Source of the DNA: Capsulimonadaceae bacterium
Lineage (GTDB): Bacteria; Armatimonadota; Armatimonadia; Armatimonadales; Capsulimonadaceae
Length of the DNA: 64,000 nucleotides
Direction: 5' to 3'
Assembly (NCBI GenBank): GCA_965215505.1
Contig: OZ244065.1
Coordinates: 2,208,001 to 2,272,000, forward strand
Shown: positions 16,699-26,801 of the stretch, one piece after another
Layout of the letters: every line of letters begins with the position of its first letter
Position numbering within the stretch: position 1 is the stretch's first letter
Translations under genes and position numbers: made by a program
The notes under the pieces: model-generated
What the model was told of the DNA's origin: nothing
The model's database searches: none
Seen by the model: only the letters and a program-made list of their open reading frames with translations

Positions 16699-16896
16699 AT
16701 GATGAAGAAATACTTGCCCGGTGCCGTCAGCTTCGCCTTGTTCCAGTTCGTGCCAATCATGATGAGACACACCCGGTTCAAGGAGTACACCACAGCCTAT
16801 ACCGGCATTCTCTTTGGCCTAGAAGTGCTGCTTCTCGCTGCCGTCCTGATCGTCCGACGTAACCGCCGAAAAATGCCCCCCGTCGCCCGTCTCTGA
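16699..16896 (+). CDS. Small membrane protein
   Basis: 65 aa; two hydrophobic segments and a basic tail; co-oriented with the operon. Confidence 0.5.
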   Translation: MMKKYLPGAVSFALFQFVPIMMRHTRFKEYTTAYTGILFGLEVLLLAAVLIVRRNRRKMPPVARL

Positions 16897-16925
16897 AAAT
16901 CCGCCATCGTAAGGAACCACCGTCC

Positions 16926-18902
16926 ATGAAGACCTTCCCCCGTACACTACTTCTGTGCGCCGCATTCGCCGCACCCCTGCCCGCGCTCGCTCAGGTGGCG
17001 GCGCCCCCGCCCGCCGACCGCCCGTTCCTGAACCCGCTGTTCAGCGACAGCATGGTACTCCAGCGCGGCCAGTCCGACCCCGTGTGGGGCTGGACAACGC
17101 CCGGCGCGACCGTCCGCGTCAGCATCGCGGGCAAGAACGCGCGGGCCGTGGCGGGCGCAGACGGCATGTGGATGGCGAAACTGCCGCCGCTGCCAACGGG
17201 TGGGCCGTACACGCTGAAGGTCACGGGTCCACAGACCGTGACCCTGACCGACGTGCAGGTGGGCGACGTGTGGGTCTGCTCCGGCCAGTCCAACATGGAG
17301 TTCGGGCTGGGCAATGTGGTCAACGCCGACCAGGAAACGGCGGCGGCGAACTACCCAAAGATACGGCTGTTCATGGTCCAGCACAACGTCAAGACGGACC
17401 CGCAGGCGACCGCCCCCGTCGCGCCCTGGGTGGCCTGCACCCCGCAGACTGTCCGGCAGGGCGGGTGGAACGGCTTCAGCGCCGTCGGCTACTTCTTCGG
17501 GCGCGAGCTGTACCAGAACCAGCACGTCCCCATCGGCCTGATCGAGACGGACTGGGGCGGGACGCCCGCCGAGGCCTGGACGAGCGGCCCGGCCCTGGCG
17601 AAGATGCCGGACTTCCAGGCCGCCGTGGCGCGGTTGACCGACCAGAGCGGCATGGCGTTAAGCCAAGCGCAGCAGATGAGCGCCTGGTACGCGAAGAACG
17701 ACCCCGGCCTGGCGTCCAAATGGTCCGACTCGGCGGCGGACGACGCGGCCTGGCCGACGATGACTCTGCCCGTGCTTTTCCAGGACGCGGGCATCACCGA
17801 ACTGAGCCGGTTCAACGGCATCATCTGGTTCCGCAAGACGGTTGATATTCCGGCCGACGTGGCCGGCAAAGACGTGACGCTGCACTTCATGGCGGACGAC
17901 AACGACACCACCTGGGTCAACGGTGTGCAGGTGGGCGCGACGGAGGGCTACAACGTCCCCCGCGCGTACCACATCCCCGCCGGGGTCCTCAAAGCCGGAC
18001 CGAACACCATCGCGGTCCGCGTCCTGGACACGGGCGGCAAGGGCGGCATCTACGGCGACCCGGCGGGCCTGTCCCTGGAAGTACCAGGGGGCCAGGCCGT
18101 CTCCCTCGCCGGGCCGTGGCGGTATCAGGCTGGCATCTCGCTGACGAAGGCGACGCCGCTGCCGCACGGCCCCGTGGACCAGAACACTCCGATGACGCTC
18201 TTCAACGGCATGGTCAACCCGCTCATCCCCTTCGGCATCAAGGGCGCGATCTGGTATCAGGGTGAGGCGAACGCCGGGCGGGCCTATCAGTACCGGACTC
18301 TGCTGCCGACGATGATCGCCGACTGGCGGGCGCGCTGGGGCGAGGGGAACTTCCCCTTCTACATCGTCCAGCTCGCCAACTGGGCACCCGGCGGCGATGC
18401 CTGGCCCGAGCTTCAGGAGGCACAGTGGCTGACGGCGAAGACCGTCCCGAACGCGGGCATCGCGACGGCCATAGACATCGGGAACTCGACCGACATCCAC
18501 CCCAAGAACAAGCAGGAGGTCGGACGCCGCCTGGCCCTCGTCGCCGAGGCGCAGGCCTTCGGCGAAAAGGTCGAGGACTCCGGCCCGCTCTACAAAGCCA
18601 TGACCGTGAATGGCGGCGCAGTCCGCCTGACCTTCACCCACCTCGGCGGCGGCCTGACGGCCAAAGCCGATGCCCCGCTGACGGGCTTCACCATCGCCGG
18701 CGCGGACAAGAAGTTCGTCCCCGCTAATACCCACATTGACGGCGACACGGTCGTCGTCTCGTCGCCCCAAGTCACGGCCCCCGTCGCCGTCCGGTACGCC
18801 TGGGCCGCCGACCCGGCGATCAGCTTGTACAACAAGGCGGGTTTGCCCGCCCTGCCCTTCCGCACCGACGACTGGCCGGGCGTGACGGCGAACGCCAAGT
18901 AA
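16926..18902 (+). CDS. Sialate O-acetylesterase (SASA family) with inserted sugar-binding domain
   Basis: GDVWVCSGQSNM, WGGTPAEAW, GAIWYQGE and DIHPKNKQEVG; signal peptide. Confidence 0.93.
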   Translation: MKTFPRTLLLCAAFAAPLPALAQVAAPPPADRPFLNPLFSDSMVLQRGQSDPVWGWTTPGATVRVSIAGKNARAVAGADGMWMAKLPPLPTGGPYTLKVTGPQTVTLTDVQVGDVWVCSGQSNMEFGLGNVVNADQETAAANYPKIRLFMVQHNVKTDPQATAPVAPWVACTPQTVRQGGWNGFSAVGYFFGRELYQNQHVPIGLIETDWGGTPAEAWTSGPALAKMPDFQAAVARLTDQSGMALSQAQQMSAWYAKNDPGLASKWSDSAADDAAWPTMTLPVLFQDAGITELSRFNGIIWFRKTVDIPADVAGKDVTLHFMADDNDTTWVNGVQVGATEGYNVPRAYHIPAGVLKAGPNTIAVRVLDTGGKGGIYGDPAGLSLEVPGGQAVSLAGPWRYQAGISLTKATPLPHGPVDQNTPMTLFNGMVNPLIPFGIKGAIWYQGEANAGRAYQYRTLLPTMIADWRARWGEGNFPFYIVQLANWAPGGDAWPELQEAQWLTAKTVPNAGIATAIDIGNSTDIHPKNKQEVGRRLALVAEAQAFGEKVEDSGPLYKAMTVNGGAVRLTFTHLGGGLTAKADAPLTGFTIAGADKKFVPANTHIDGDTVVVSSPQVTAPVAVRYAWAADPAISLYNKAGLPALPFRTDDWPGVTANAK

Positions 18903-18913
18903 ACGAGGCCCAT

Positions 18914-20371
18914 ATGTCGGACCGGGATGAACAAGCACTGACGCGCCGCCGCCTGCTCCAAATGGGGATAGCGGCGGCAACACTCAACCTGCTCGGCGGT
19001 CGCACCGCTGGTGCCACGTCCGCCAAGACGCCCGCCGCAAAGCTCAAAGCGACTGCAGATTCAGTCATCGTCATCTGGCTGCCGGGCGGCGTCGCCCAGA
19101 CGGACACCTGGGACCCGAAGAAGTTCACCCCCTATGTCCAGGGCATGAAGGGGGGCGAGATCCTCGGCACCTGCCCTTCCATCCCGACTGCCGCCGACGG
19201 CGTCCGGCTGGGTGCGGGGCTGGAAAACATCGCTTCGGTCATGGACAAGGGAACCCTCCTGCGGAGCCTGACCAACCAGACCAAGTTCGGCGCGGTCCAC
19301 CTCAAAGCGCAGTATTACATGATGACCGGCTACCTCTTCCCTGCCGGGGTGGAGGCCCCCAGCCTCGGCGCGGTCGTCAGCCGGACTCTGGGGCGGCGCG
19401 ACCCGAACATCCCAGCCTATATTGACATCGGGCGGGACATCAACACCAGCAACGAGGAGTTCCTGTTCATCAACGAGTTCATGGGGCCGGGGTTTTATGG
19501 TGTCAAGCACGCGCCTTTCATGATCCCCGAGCCGGCCCAGGGCCTGCCGACCTTGAAGGCCGTCGCGGGCATGGATATGACACGTTTAGACCGGCGGCAG
19601 CACTACTTGGAGGCTATTACCGGCCTCTCCGCGCCCGCTTTGCAAACGGCCCACCCCGTCAAAGACTACGTCAAGGTGATGGAGGACGCGCGGGCCATGA
19701 TGGACTCGCCGGTCGAGCGCGCCTTCAAGTTCGCCGAGGAGGAGAAGCCCGAAACGCTCAAAGCCTACGACGTGGGCCACCGATTCGGCTTCGGCTGCCT
19801 GCTCGCCCGGCGTCTAGTGGAGAGCGGCGCACGGTTCGTCCAGGTGGAGTACCAGTACGAGCCGTTCGGCGGCTTCGACATGCACGCCGACGGCCAATCG
19901 CGCATGAAGGCCATGAAGGCGCAGATAGACCGCCCCATCGCCCAGCTCATCCGCGATCTGGACCAGCGCGGACTTTTGGACCGCACCCTGGTCGTCGTCA
20001 TGTCCGAGTTCGGCCGCACCATCGCCAACCAGCCCGCGGCGGGGACGGAGGCGTTCGGCTTTGCCGAGCGGTCCACGGGACAAGACCTGATCATCCAGAA
20101 CGAGAAGATGTACGGCTTCCACGGCCACTTCAGCAGCGGCAACTGCATGCTCTTCTTCGGCGGCGGCTTCAAGAAAGGCTTCGTCTACGGCAAGACCGCC
20201 GACGCCCATCCTCTGTTGCCCATCGAGAACCCGGTGCGATTAGAAGACATCCACGCCACTATTTACAAGGCCTTGGGAATTCCTGCCGACACCTTCTACG
20301 TCACCGAGCAGCGCCCGTTCTACGTCACCAACAACGGCAAAGGCGTCCCAATAGACGCCCTGCTGGCATAG
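18914..20371 (+). CDS. DUF1501 domain protein (Tat signal)
   Basis: TRRRLL Tat motif; GGVAQTDTWDPK, CLLARRLVESG and SEFGRT. Confidence 0.9.
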   Translation: MSDRDEQALTRRRLLQMGIAAATLNLLGGRTAGATSAKTPAAKLKATADSVIVIWLPGGVAQTDTWDPKKFTPYVQGMKGGEILGTCPSIPTAADGVRLGAGLENIASVMDKGTLLRSLTNQTKFGAVHLKAQYYMMTGYLFPAGVEAPSLGAVVSRTLGRRDPNIPAYIDIGRDINTSNEEFLFINEFMGPGFYGVKHAPFMIPEPAQGLPTLKAVAGMDMTRLDRRQHYLEAITGLSAPALQTAHPVKDYVKVMEDARAMMDSPVERAFKFAEEEKPETLKAYDVGHRFGFGCLLARRLVESGARFVQVEYQYEPFGGFDMHADGQSRMKAMKAQIDRPIAQLIRDLDQRGLLDRTLVVVMSEFGRTIANQPAAGTEAFGFAERSTGQDLIIQNEKMYGFHGHFSSGNCMLFFGGGFKKGFVYGKTADAHPLLPIENPVRLEDIHATIYKALGIPADTFYVTEQRPFYVTNNGKGVPIDALLA

Positions 20372-20375
20372 TCTT

Positions 20376-20510
20376 GGCGGGTGGTTGAAAACCACTCGCT
20401 AGGAAAGGTATTCTTCGGATACTGGACATGATCTCATGAAGGCGGGAGCCTGGGATCTGATCCCCGTCCGAAGGACGCTTCTCCTAGCGCGTGGTTTTCA
20501 ACCACTCGCC
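20376..20510. repeat. REPIN-like inverted-repeat element, subfamily 2
   Basis: GCGGGTGGTTGAAAACCACTCGCTAGGA ... TCCTAGCGCGTGGTTTTCAACCACTCGC, with inner GTCCGAAGGAC. Confidence 0.75.
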
Positions 20511-20703
20511 TTGTCTGGACTCACGGGAACCTTCAGGATGGGGAAAGCCGACACCCGACAATTACCCCAGTTGCCTTACCGAACGTGCTATAATCAGTTA
20601 GCAAGGAAACAGCGAACATGGCAAGACCTGAAATCGAGTTAGCGCCCGAAGAACAGGCCTAGACTCAGCAGGGGGCGTATAAGACTCATGCCCCGAGAAG
20701 AAA

Positions 20704-23133
20704 GTGACACCTTTGCGATTGACCCGCGAAACCTGGAAAACCCGTGTCCAATGGGGCCTGTGGACGGTCGGCCTCCTGGGCATCATCGGCCTGGCGGGGA
20801 TGTCTTCGCCGCCCGCCGCTTCCCCGGCGCCTCCCCCCATGGCCGCTGGGCCGGTTTCGTATGACCGGGACGTCAAGCCGCTGCTGGTGGCCCGCTGCTA
20901 TGCCTGCCATGGCAATGGGACGCGGTTGGGCGGCTTCGCCGTAGACAGCCGCGAGGGCGTCCTGACTGGCGGGCAGGTGCATCCGGGCGTCGTACCGGGC
21001 AGCAGCGCGAAGAGCTACCTCATCAAATTAGTTCAGGGCGAGGTGCCGGACGAAGTCATGCCCGCGCGTGGGCCGCGCCTGACGCCCGCCGAGGTCGGCC
21101 TGCTGCGGGCGTGGATCGATCAGGGCGTGTCGTTCGGCAGCGCCACGACCGCCCTCTGGGTTCCGCCGCTCGCGCCGCGTCATCCGAAGCTGCCGGTCGC
21201 CAAACCGGGGTCCGGGCTGACCAACCCGGTTGACCGGCTCCTTCAGCCCTACTTTGCTGCCAACAAGATCATCCCGCCTGCCCTGGCGGATGACCGGACG
21301 TTTGCGCGGCGCGTCTCCCTGGATACCGTCGGCCTGCTGCCTCCACCCGATGAACTGGACCTCTTCGTCCGTGACCGCCGCCCCGACAAGCGGGCGCGGC
21401 TCGTGCAGCGGCTCCTCGGGGACGACACCGCCTATGCCGACCACTGGCTGACGTTCTGGAACGACATGCTCCGCAACGACTACGCCGGAACGGGCTACAT
21501 CGACGGCGGGCGGACGCAGATCACCGATTGGCTTTACGGCGCGCTCTGGCACAACCTGCCGTATGACAGGTTCGTGGCCCGACTGGTCGCCCCCACCCCG
21601 GACTCGGCGGGCTTCACCAACGGAATCGTCTGGCGTGGCACCGTGAATGCCAGCCAGACGCCCGCCATGCAGGCCGCCCAGAATGTCTCGCAAGTGTTCC
21701 TGGGCGTCAACCTCAAATGCGCCTCGTGCCACAACAGCTTTGTTTCGTCGTGGAAACTGGCCGATGCCTACGGCATGGCGGGCGTGTATTCGCCCTCGGA
21801 TGGCCCATTAGAAATGGTCCGGTGCGACAAGCCGACCGGGCAGACCGCGCCGATCAAGTTCATCTACCCCGCCCTGGGCACGATTGACGGCAGCGCGCCC
21901 CGCGAGAAGCGCATGGCGCAGCTCGCCGCCGTCCTGACCAGCCCGCGCGACGGGCGGCTGACCCGCACCTTCGTCAACCGCCTGTGGGCGAAGCTGATGG
22001 GGCGCGGACTGGTCGAGCCGACCGACGAGATGGACAGCCGCCCCTGGGACCCGGACCTGCTGGACTGGCTGGCCTCCGACTTCGCCGACCACGGCTACGA
22101 CGTCAAGCGCACCATCGGCCTGATCGTCACGTCGCGCGCCTACCAGATGCCCGCCGTCGGTCAGCCCTCGGAGCGCGCCGACGACTACCGTTTCACCGGG
22201 CCGACGGTCAAGCGCATGTCGGCGGAGCAGTTCTGCGACGCCGTTTCGCGGCTCACCGGCGTCTGGCCAGGCCCGGCCAACCCCATGCGGATCGTCAACG
22301 GCCTGCCCCAGCCGCCGCCGGGCCGTCAGGCCACGATCAAGTTCCAGAGCGGCGTCATCAAGTCCGGGTCGGTCCCCGTTGACGTAGACATCACGGGGGC
22401 ACGGTCGCTGTCTCTGGTGGTGACGAACGGCGGAAGCGGCTCGGTCGCCGACGATTGGGCGGATTGGGCCGAGCCGACACTGACCGGCCCGAGAGGCACG
22501 ATCAAGCTGACCGACCTGAAATGGGCCTCGGCGACGACGGGCTACGGCACGGTCCAGATGGACAAGAACATCATCGGGAAGCCGCTGCGCCTGGACGGCA
22601 AGACGTTCACAGGCGGCATCGGCACCCACGCAAACTCTGTCATCACCTACCTGCTGCCGCCCGGCCTGACCCGGTTCCATGCCACAGCCGGGCCGGACAT
22701 GGGCGCGCTCGAAGAGGGCAAGGGCGTCACGACGCTGGCCTTCTTCGTGCTGACCGGCGACCGTTCCCTGGTCGAGACGCGCGCCGCATTGGCCCAGGCG
22801 GACCCGCTCCAACGCGCTTTGGGCCGCCCCAACCGTGAGCAGGTGGTCACGGAGCGCCTGACGGCGGCGACGACGCTGCAAGCCTTAGAACTGACCAACG
22901 GCGAGACGCTGGCGGGGATGCTGGACGCGGGCGCGGCCCGGTGGACCGCAGACAAATCACAGCCGCCCCCGCGCCTCGTCAACGCCCTGTACCTGCAAGC
23001 ACTGGGCCGCCCGCCGACACCCGCCGAGCGCAAGGCCGCGCTGGCCGAGATCGGCTCCCCCGTCCGCTCGGAGGGCGTGCAAGACCTGCTCTGGGCGCTC
23101 GTGATGCTGCCCGAGTTCCAGCTAGTGTATTGA
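20704..23133 (+). CDS. PSD1 / cytochrome c domain protein with NPCBM-like carbohydrate-binding insert
   Basis: CYACH and CASCH; VNRLWAKLMGRGLVEP; DWADWAEP and GIGTHANS (NPCBM/NEW2-like); LPEFQL. Start uncertain. Confidence 0.88.
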   Translation: MTPLRLTRETWKTRVQWGLWTVGLLGIIGLAGMSSPPAASPAPPPMAAGPVSYDRDVKPLLVARCYACHGNGTRLGGFAVDSREGVLTGGQVHPGVVPGSSAKSYLIKLVQGEVPDEVMPARGPRLTPAEVGLLRAWIDQGVSFGSATTALWVPPLAPRHPKLPVAKPGSGLTNPVDRLLQPYFAANKIIPPALADDRTFARRVSLDTVGLLPPPDELDLFVRDRRPDKRARLVQRLLGDDTAYADHWLTFWNDMLRNDYAGTGYIDGGRTQITDWLYGALWHNLPYDRFVARLVAPTPDSAGFTNGIVWRGTVNASQTPAMQAAQNVSQVFLGVNLKCASCHNSFVSSWKLADAYGMAGVYSPSDGPLEMVRCDKPTGQTAPIKFIYPALGTIDGSAPREKRMAQLAAVLTSPRDGRLTRTFVNRLWAKLMGRGLVEPTDEMDSRPWDPDLLDWLASDFADHGYDVKRTIGLIVTSRAYQMPAVGQPSERADDYRFTGPTVKRMSAEQFCDAVSRLTGVWPGPANPMRIVNGLPQPPPGRQATIKFQSGVIKSGSVPVDVDITGARSLSLVVTNGGSGSVADDWADWAEPTLTGPRGTIKLTDLKWASATTGYGTVQMDKNIIGKPLRLDGKTFTGGIGTHANSVITYLLPPGLTRFHATAGPDMGALEEGKGVTTLAFFVLTGDRSLVETRAALAQADPLQRALGRPNREQVVTERLTAATTLQALELTNGETLAGMLDAGAARWTADKSQPPPRLVNALYLQALGRPPTPAERKAALAEIGSPVRSEGVQDLLWALVMLPEFQLVY

Positions 23134-23149
23134 GCGGGAAGGCGATTTG

Positions 23150-23305
23150 GACGAGTGAGTGAAATCACTCGCTCCGCGACGGACCTGTCCAGGGGACAGA
23201 AGATAACACGCTGCGGCAGGCGTTATCAGCCACGTCGGCTCTTGAAATTACGCCCTTGTCCCTTGGACAAATCTGGCGCGCAGCGAGTGATTTCAATCAC
23301 TCGTC
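23150..23305. repeat. REPIN/MITE-like element, subfamily 1 copy 2
   Basis: GACGAGTGAGTGAAATCACTCGC ... GCGAGTGATTTCAATCACTCGTC; inner GTCCAGGGGAC/GTCCCTTGGAC. Confidence 0.85.
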
Positions 23306-23369
23306 TTGACGAGGCCCGGTACGCCAAGCGCCGCGTAACATCAGTCACTGACTCTCTAGAGGCCCACCC

Positions 23370-24800
23370 ATGATCCGAACCCGTGATCTTACGCGCCGCG
23401 ATTTCCTGAAGACCGCCAGCGCGGCAACGCTCGCCGCCCTGGCCGCAGGCTATCCGCGCGCCCTGCTGGCCGCCACGGAGCCGAAGATCGCGCCGGCGGC
23501 GGACGCGGTCATCGTCCTCTGGATGGCGGGCGGCATGGCCCACACCGAAACCTTCGATCCCAAGCGGTGTGCGCCGTTCACGCCGGGGATGCCTGCCAAC
23601 GCCGTCCTCAGCACGTTTCCGGCGATCCCGACGGCCGTAGACGGTATTCAGTTCTCGCAGGGATTGGAGAAGATCGGGGCGGTCATGGACCGGGGGACGG
23701 TCATCCGCTCCTACCGGGCGGGCGACCTGGGCTTCATCCTGCACTCCCGCCACCAGTACCAGTGGCATACGGGCTATGCGCCGCCCCAGACCGTCGCCGC
23801 GCCGCACCTCGGCGCGGTCATCGCCCGGACGCTCGGCCCCAAAGACCCCGCCGTCCCGCCCTTCATCAACATCGGGCAGCGCTTCGACCTGGGCGAAGGC
23901 GAGGAGCTGAAGGCGTTCACGACGGCAGGGTTTTTGGGCAGCGAGTTCGGCCCGTTCAACCTGCCCTTCCCCGACCAGGCCGCCGAGGCGGTGCGACCGC
24001 CGCACGGGATGACGCCTGGCCGGTTCGAGAGCCGGACGAAATTCTACAAGCGGCTCGTCGCCGACAGCCCTATCACCCAGGCCGGAAGCGACTACCAGCG
24101 TGAGTCGCTGCTGCGCTCGCTTGACAACTCCCACCGCCTCCTCAGCTCGCCCGCCGCCAAAGCCTTCGACCTCACCCTGGAGCCAAAGGCTTCCTATGAC
24201 ACCTACAACACGGGCCGCTTCGGGCAGGGCTGCCTCCTGGCCCGGCGGCTGGTCGAGTCGGGCGCGCGCTACGTCGAGGTGACGACCGAGTACATCCCGT
24301 TCCTCAACTGGGACACGCACGACAACGGACATACGCGCATGGCGGACCTCAAGAAGCAGATCGACGCCCCCGTCGCCCAGCTCATCCTGAACCTGGAACA
24401 GCGCGGCCTGCTCGACCGGACCTTGATCGTGCTGGCGAGCGAGTTCAGCCGCGACATGCTGACCGAGGGCAAGCCGGACCAGAAGGTCAAGGACCAGGTG
24501 ACGGTGCCGGACACCCTGACCGAGATGAAGCACTACGGGATGCACCGTCACTTCACCGACGCCGGCTCCGTCCTGCTCTTCGGCGGCGGCATCAAGAAAG
24601 GCCATGTCCACGGCAGGACGGCGGACGAGCGCCCCTGCAAGACCATCGAGAACCCCGTCGTCATCGAGGACCTGCACGCCACGATTTACCACGCGCTCGG
24701 CATCTCCCCCAAGCTCTCCTACCTCATCGAGAAGCGCCCCTTCTATGTGACGCACGACGGGGTCGGGGAGCCTGTCCGGGACGTTCTGGCGGAGGCATAG
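23370..24800 (+). CDS. DUF1501 domain protein (Tat signal)
   Basis: TRRDFLK Tat motif; GGMAHTETFDPK, WDTHDNG and SEFSR; paralog of 18914-20371. Confidence 0.9.
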   Translation: MIRTRDLTRRDFLKTASAATLAALAAGYPRALLAATEPKIAPAADAVIVLWMAGGMAHTETFDPKRCAPFTPGMPANAVLSTFPAIPTAVDGIQFSQGLEKIGAVMDRGTVIRSYRAGDLGFILHSRHQYQWHTGYAPPQTVAAPHLGAVIARTLGPKDPAVPPFINIGQRFDLGEGEELKAFTTAGFLGSEFGPFNLPFPDQAAEAVRPPHGMTPGRFESRTKFYKRLVADSPITQAGSDYQRESLLRSLDNSHRLLSSPAAKAFDLTLEPKASYDTYNTGRFGQGCLLARRLVESGARYVEVTTEYIPFLNWDTHDNGHTRMADLKKQIDAPVAQLILNLEQRGLLDRTLIVLASEFSRDMLTEGKPDQKVKDQVTVPDTLTEMKHYGMHRHFTDAGSVLLFGGGIKKGHVHGRTADERPCKTIENPVVIEDLHATIYHALGISPKLSYLIEKRPFYVTHDGVGEPVRDVLAEA

Positions 24801-24861
24801 GTCCCCCGCACGGCATCAAGCGCCGTGACCCTCCGGCTGCTTCCATACCCATGCGAGCGGC

Positions 24862-26199
24862 CTACTGCCTCCGCAGAATGAACCGGTTCCTGAACCGGTA
24901 ATCCGTTTGCCGCCTGGGGCGATATTCTTCCTGGATCGTCAGGGAGTTAGTCCCGAGCGTGAAACGCATCCGGACATCCGCATCCCGCCCCGGGCTCTTC
25001 CCCTGAAATGCGAACCCGCCCCGAAGCTTCACGAGTTCGCCCACGCCGGCCAGCCGGTGCGAACTCTGCGCCCCACCGTTCGTCACCGTGAACGTCCCCG
25101 CGCGCGCCCCGCCTGTGAATGTGGTGCGGTCCACGGCGGTGGACCCGGTGTAGGCGGCCACAAAGCTGAAGCCGTTCCCGCCGCCGAGGCTGCGGGCGGT
25201 CACGGTCGTCGGATAGGTGAAGTGCTGCCCCGTCCGGTCGTCGGCGTACTCCAGGCTGCCGCGCCAGGTGCCCTCAATCGTCTGGAACGCGCGGCGCTGC
25301 TCGCTCGGACTCATCCGGGGCGGGGGTAAAACACGCCAAACCTGGACGATGCCGACGAGAACCGCTAGGGCCACCACCAAAACAGCGAGCGGTCGGAGGG
25401 CCGACAAGAACAGGAGGAGCAGGGAGACCCGACGCACGGCGGCGGTGACTGATGGTATCCGGACCCCCGGCGGGGCGGCAGGAGGAGCCGAAAGCCGGTC
25501 GAGGAGGGCATCCGGCAGGGCGGACGCGCCGTGTTCCAGCAGCAAAGTAGCCAGCAAGGCGAGCGTGACGGCGACGCCGGCCCGGCTCAGGTGCGCCCGG
25601 ATCTTTGCCAATGACCTCTGGACACGCATCCGGGCGGTGTTCTCCGAGACGCCCAGGCCCGCGCCGACCTCGGCCAGACTCTGCTGCTGCATGAAGCGCA
25701 GCAGCACCGCCTCCCGGTCAGCCGGCTTGAGGCGGCCCAGGGCATCGTCCAAGTGCGGCTCGACCTGCTCCCAGAGCGGGTCGGCGGCGTCCTGTCGGAG
25801 GGCTTCCGAGGCGGCTTCTCGCACGGCGCGGGCTTCGTTCATCTGCCGTCGGCGCTCCTGTTTATGCAAGTTCCGGGAGACATGGCGCGAGGCGGTATAC
25901 AGCCAGTCGGCCAGCGTCTCGCGCTTTTCCAGGCGGTGTGCTTTTTCGCTCAGAAGCAGGAAGACCCCCTGCGCGGCGTCCTCCGCCAGCGTCGGATCAC
26001 CGATCTCGCGCAGGCACGTCGAGTAGACCAGACGGGCGTAGCGCCGCCGCAATTCGGCGAAGGCCGGCTGGGAGCGACCCGCCGCGTAGAGTCGCAGCAG
26101 ATCGCCGTCGCGCTTCCGGCGCAGGCCGGGGGTCTCGGCCCCTTTTCCCGTGCTGCCTTGTTGGGTCGTGTCCGGCGTGTTCATGTTCGATGAGTTCAT
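24862..26199 (-). CDS. ECF sigma factor with membrane-anchored C-terminal extension
   Basis: Region 2 (AEDAAQGVFLLL...WLY) and region 4 (DREAVLLRF...GVSENTARMRVQR), then hydrophobic helices and a beta-rich domain. Confidence 0.88.
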   Translation of the reverse strand: MNSSNMNTPDTTQQGSTGKGAETPGLRRKRDGDLLRLYAAGRSQPAFAELRRRYARLVYSTCLREIGDPTLAEDAAQGVFLLLSEKAHRLEKRETLADWLYTASRHVSRNLHKQERRRQMNEARAVREAASEALRQDAADPLWEQVEPHLDDALGRLKPADREAVLLRFMQQQSLAEVGAGLGVSENTARMRVQRSLAKIRAHLSRAGVAVTLALLATLLLEHGASALPDALLDRLSAPPAAPPGVRIPSVTAAVRRVSLLLLFLSALRPLAVLVVALAVLVGIVQVWRVLPPPRMSPSEQRRAFQTIEGTWRGSLEYADDRTGQHFTYPTTVTARSLGGGNGFSFVAAYTGSTAVDRTTFTGGARAGTFTVTNGGAQSSHRLAGVGELVKLRGGFAFQGKSPGRDADVRMRFTLGTNSLTIQEEYRPRRQTDYRFRNRFILRRQ

Positions 26200-26801
26200 G
26201 GCGTGATCGGGACAATGGCGCAGCCGAAGGACCGCCCGCCCTGGACGGCGACCGGCTTCCCGGCGGCGAGGCTGCGGAGGGCGTCCCGCAGCGGCGTCCT
26301 CCGGACGTGCGCCTCGTCCACGCTGTCATCCAGGCCGCCGTGATAGCGCAGCCGGCCGGCCTTATCAATGACGGCGAAGGTCAAGGATTGACGGACATCG
26401 AAGCGGGCGGCGACCTCGCCCCGGACATCATCCGCGAACGGCATCTTCAAATAGCTCGTCTCGGGCAGTGTGACCGGGGCCTCGGGGTGGAGTTTCTTGC
26501 CGCAGCGGACGCCGACGAACACGAACCCTTTGCCTTCAAAGTCCTGCTCCAGTTTTTGCAGGCGCGCTTTATAGAAATAGGTGATGCCGCACTGTTCGCT
26601 CAGGAAGAAGAGTACCAGATTTTTGCCGCCCTTCTGCCGGCTGAGGCTCATTGTCGCCTCTACGTGATCGGCGCGGATCTGCGGCAGCGTGATGTCCAGC
26701 GCGACCGGGGCGTTCAGCGCGGTGGGCATTGCCCAGGCCGGGGCCATGAGGCAGCAGGCGGCGACGGCAACCGCCGGGAAAACGCGGAAGTGTGTTTTCA
26801 T
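26196..26801 (-). CDS. Secreted redoxin/thioredoxin-fold protein
   Basis: Signal peptide; FFLSEQCGIT; LRYHGGLDD; terminal FGCAI; ATGA overlaps on both sides. Confidence 0.8.
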   Translation of the reverse strand: MKTHFRVFPAVAVAACCLMAPAWAMPTALNAPVALDITLPQIRADHVEATMSLSRQKGGKNLVLFFLSEQCGITYFYKARLQKLEQDFEGKGFVFVGVRCGKKLHPEAPVTLPETSYLKMPFADDVRGEVAARFDVRQSLTFAVIDKAGRLRYHGGLDDSVDEAHVRRTPLRDALRSLAAGKPVAVQGGRSFGCAIVPITP

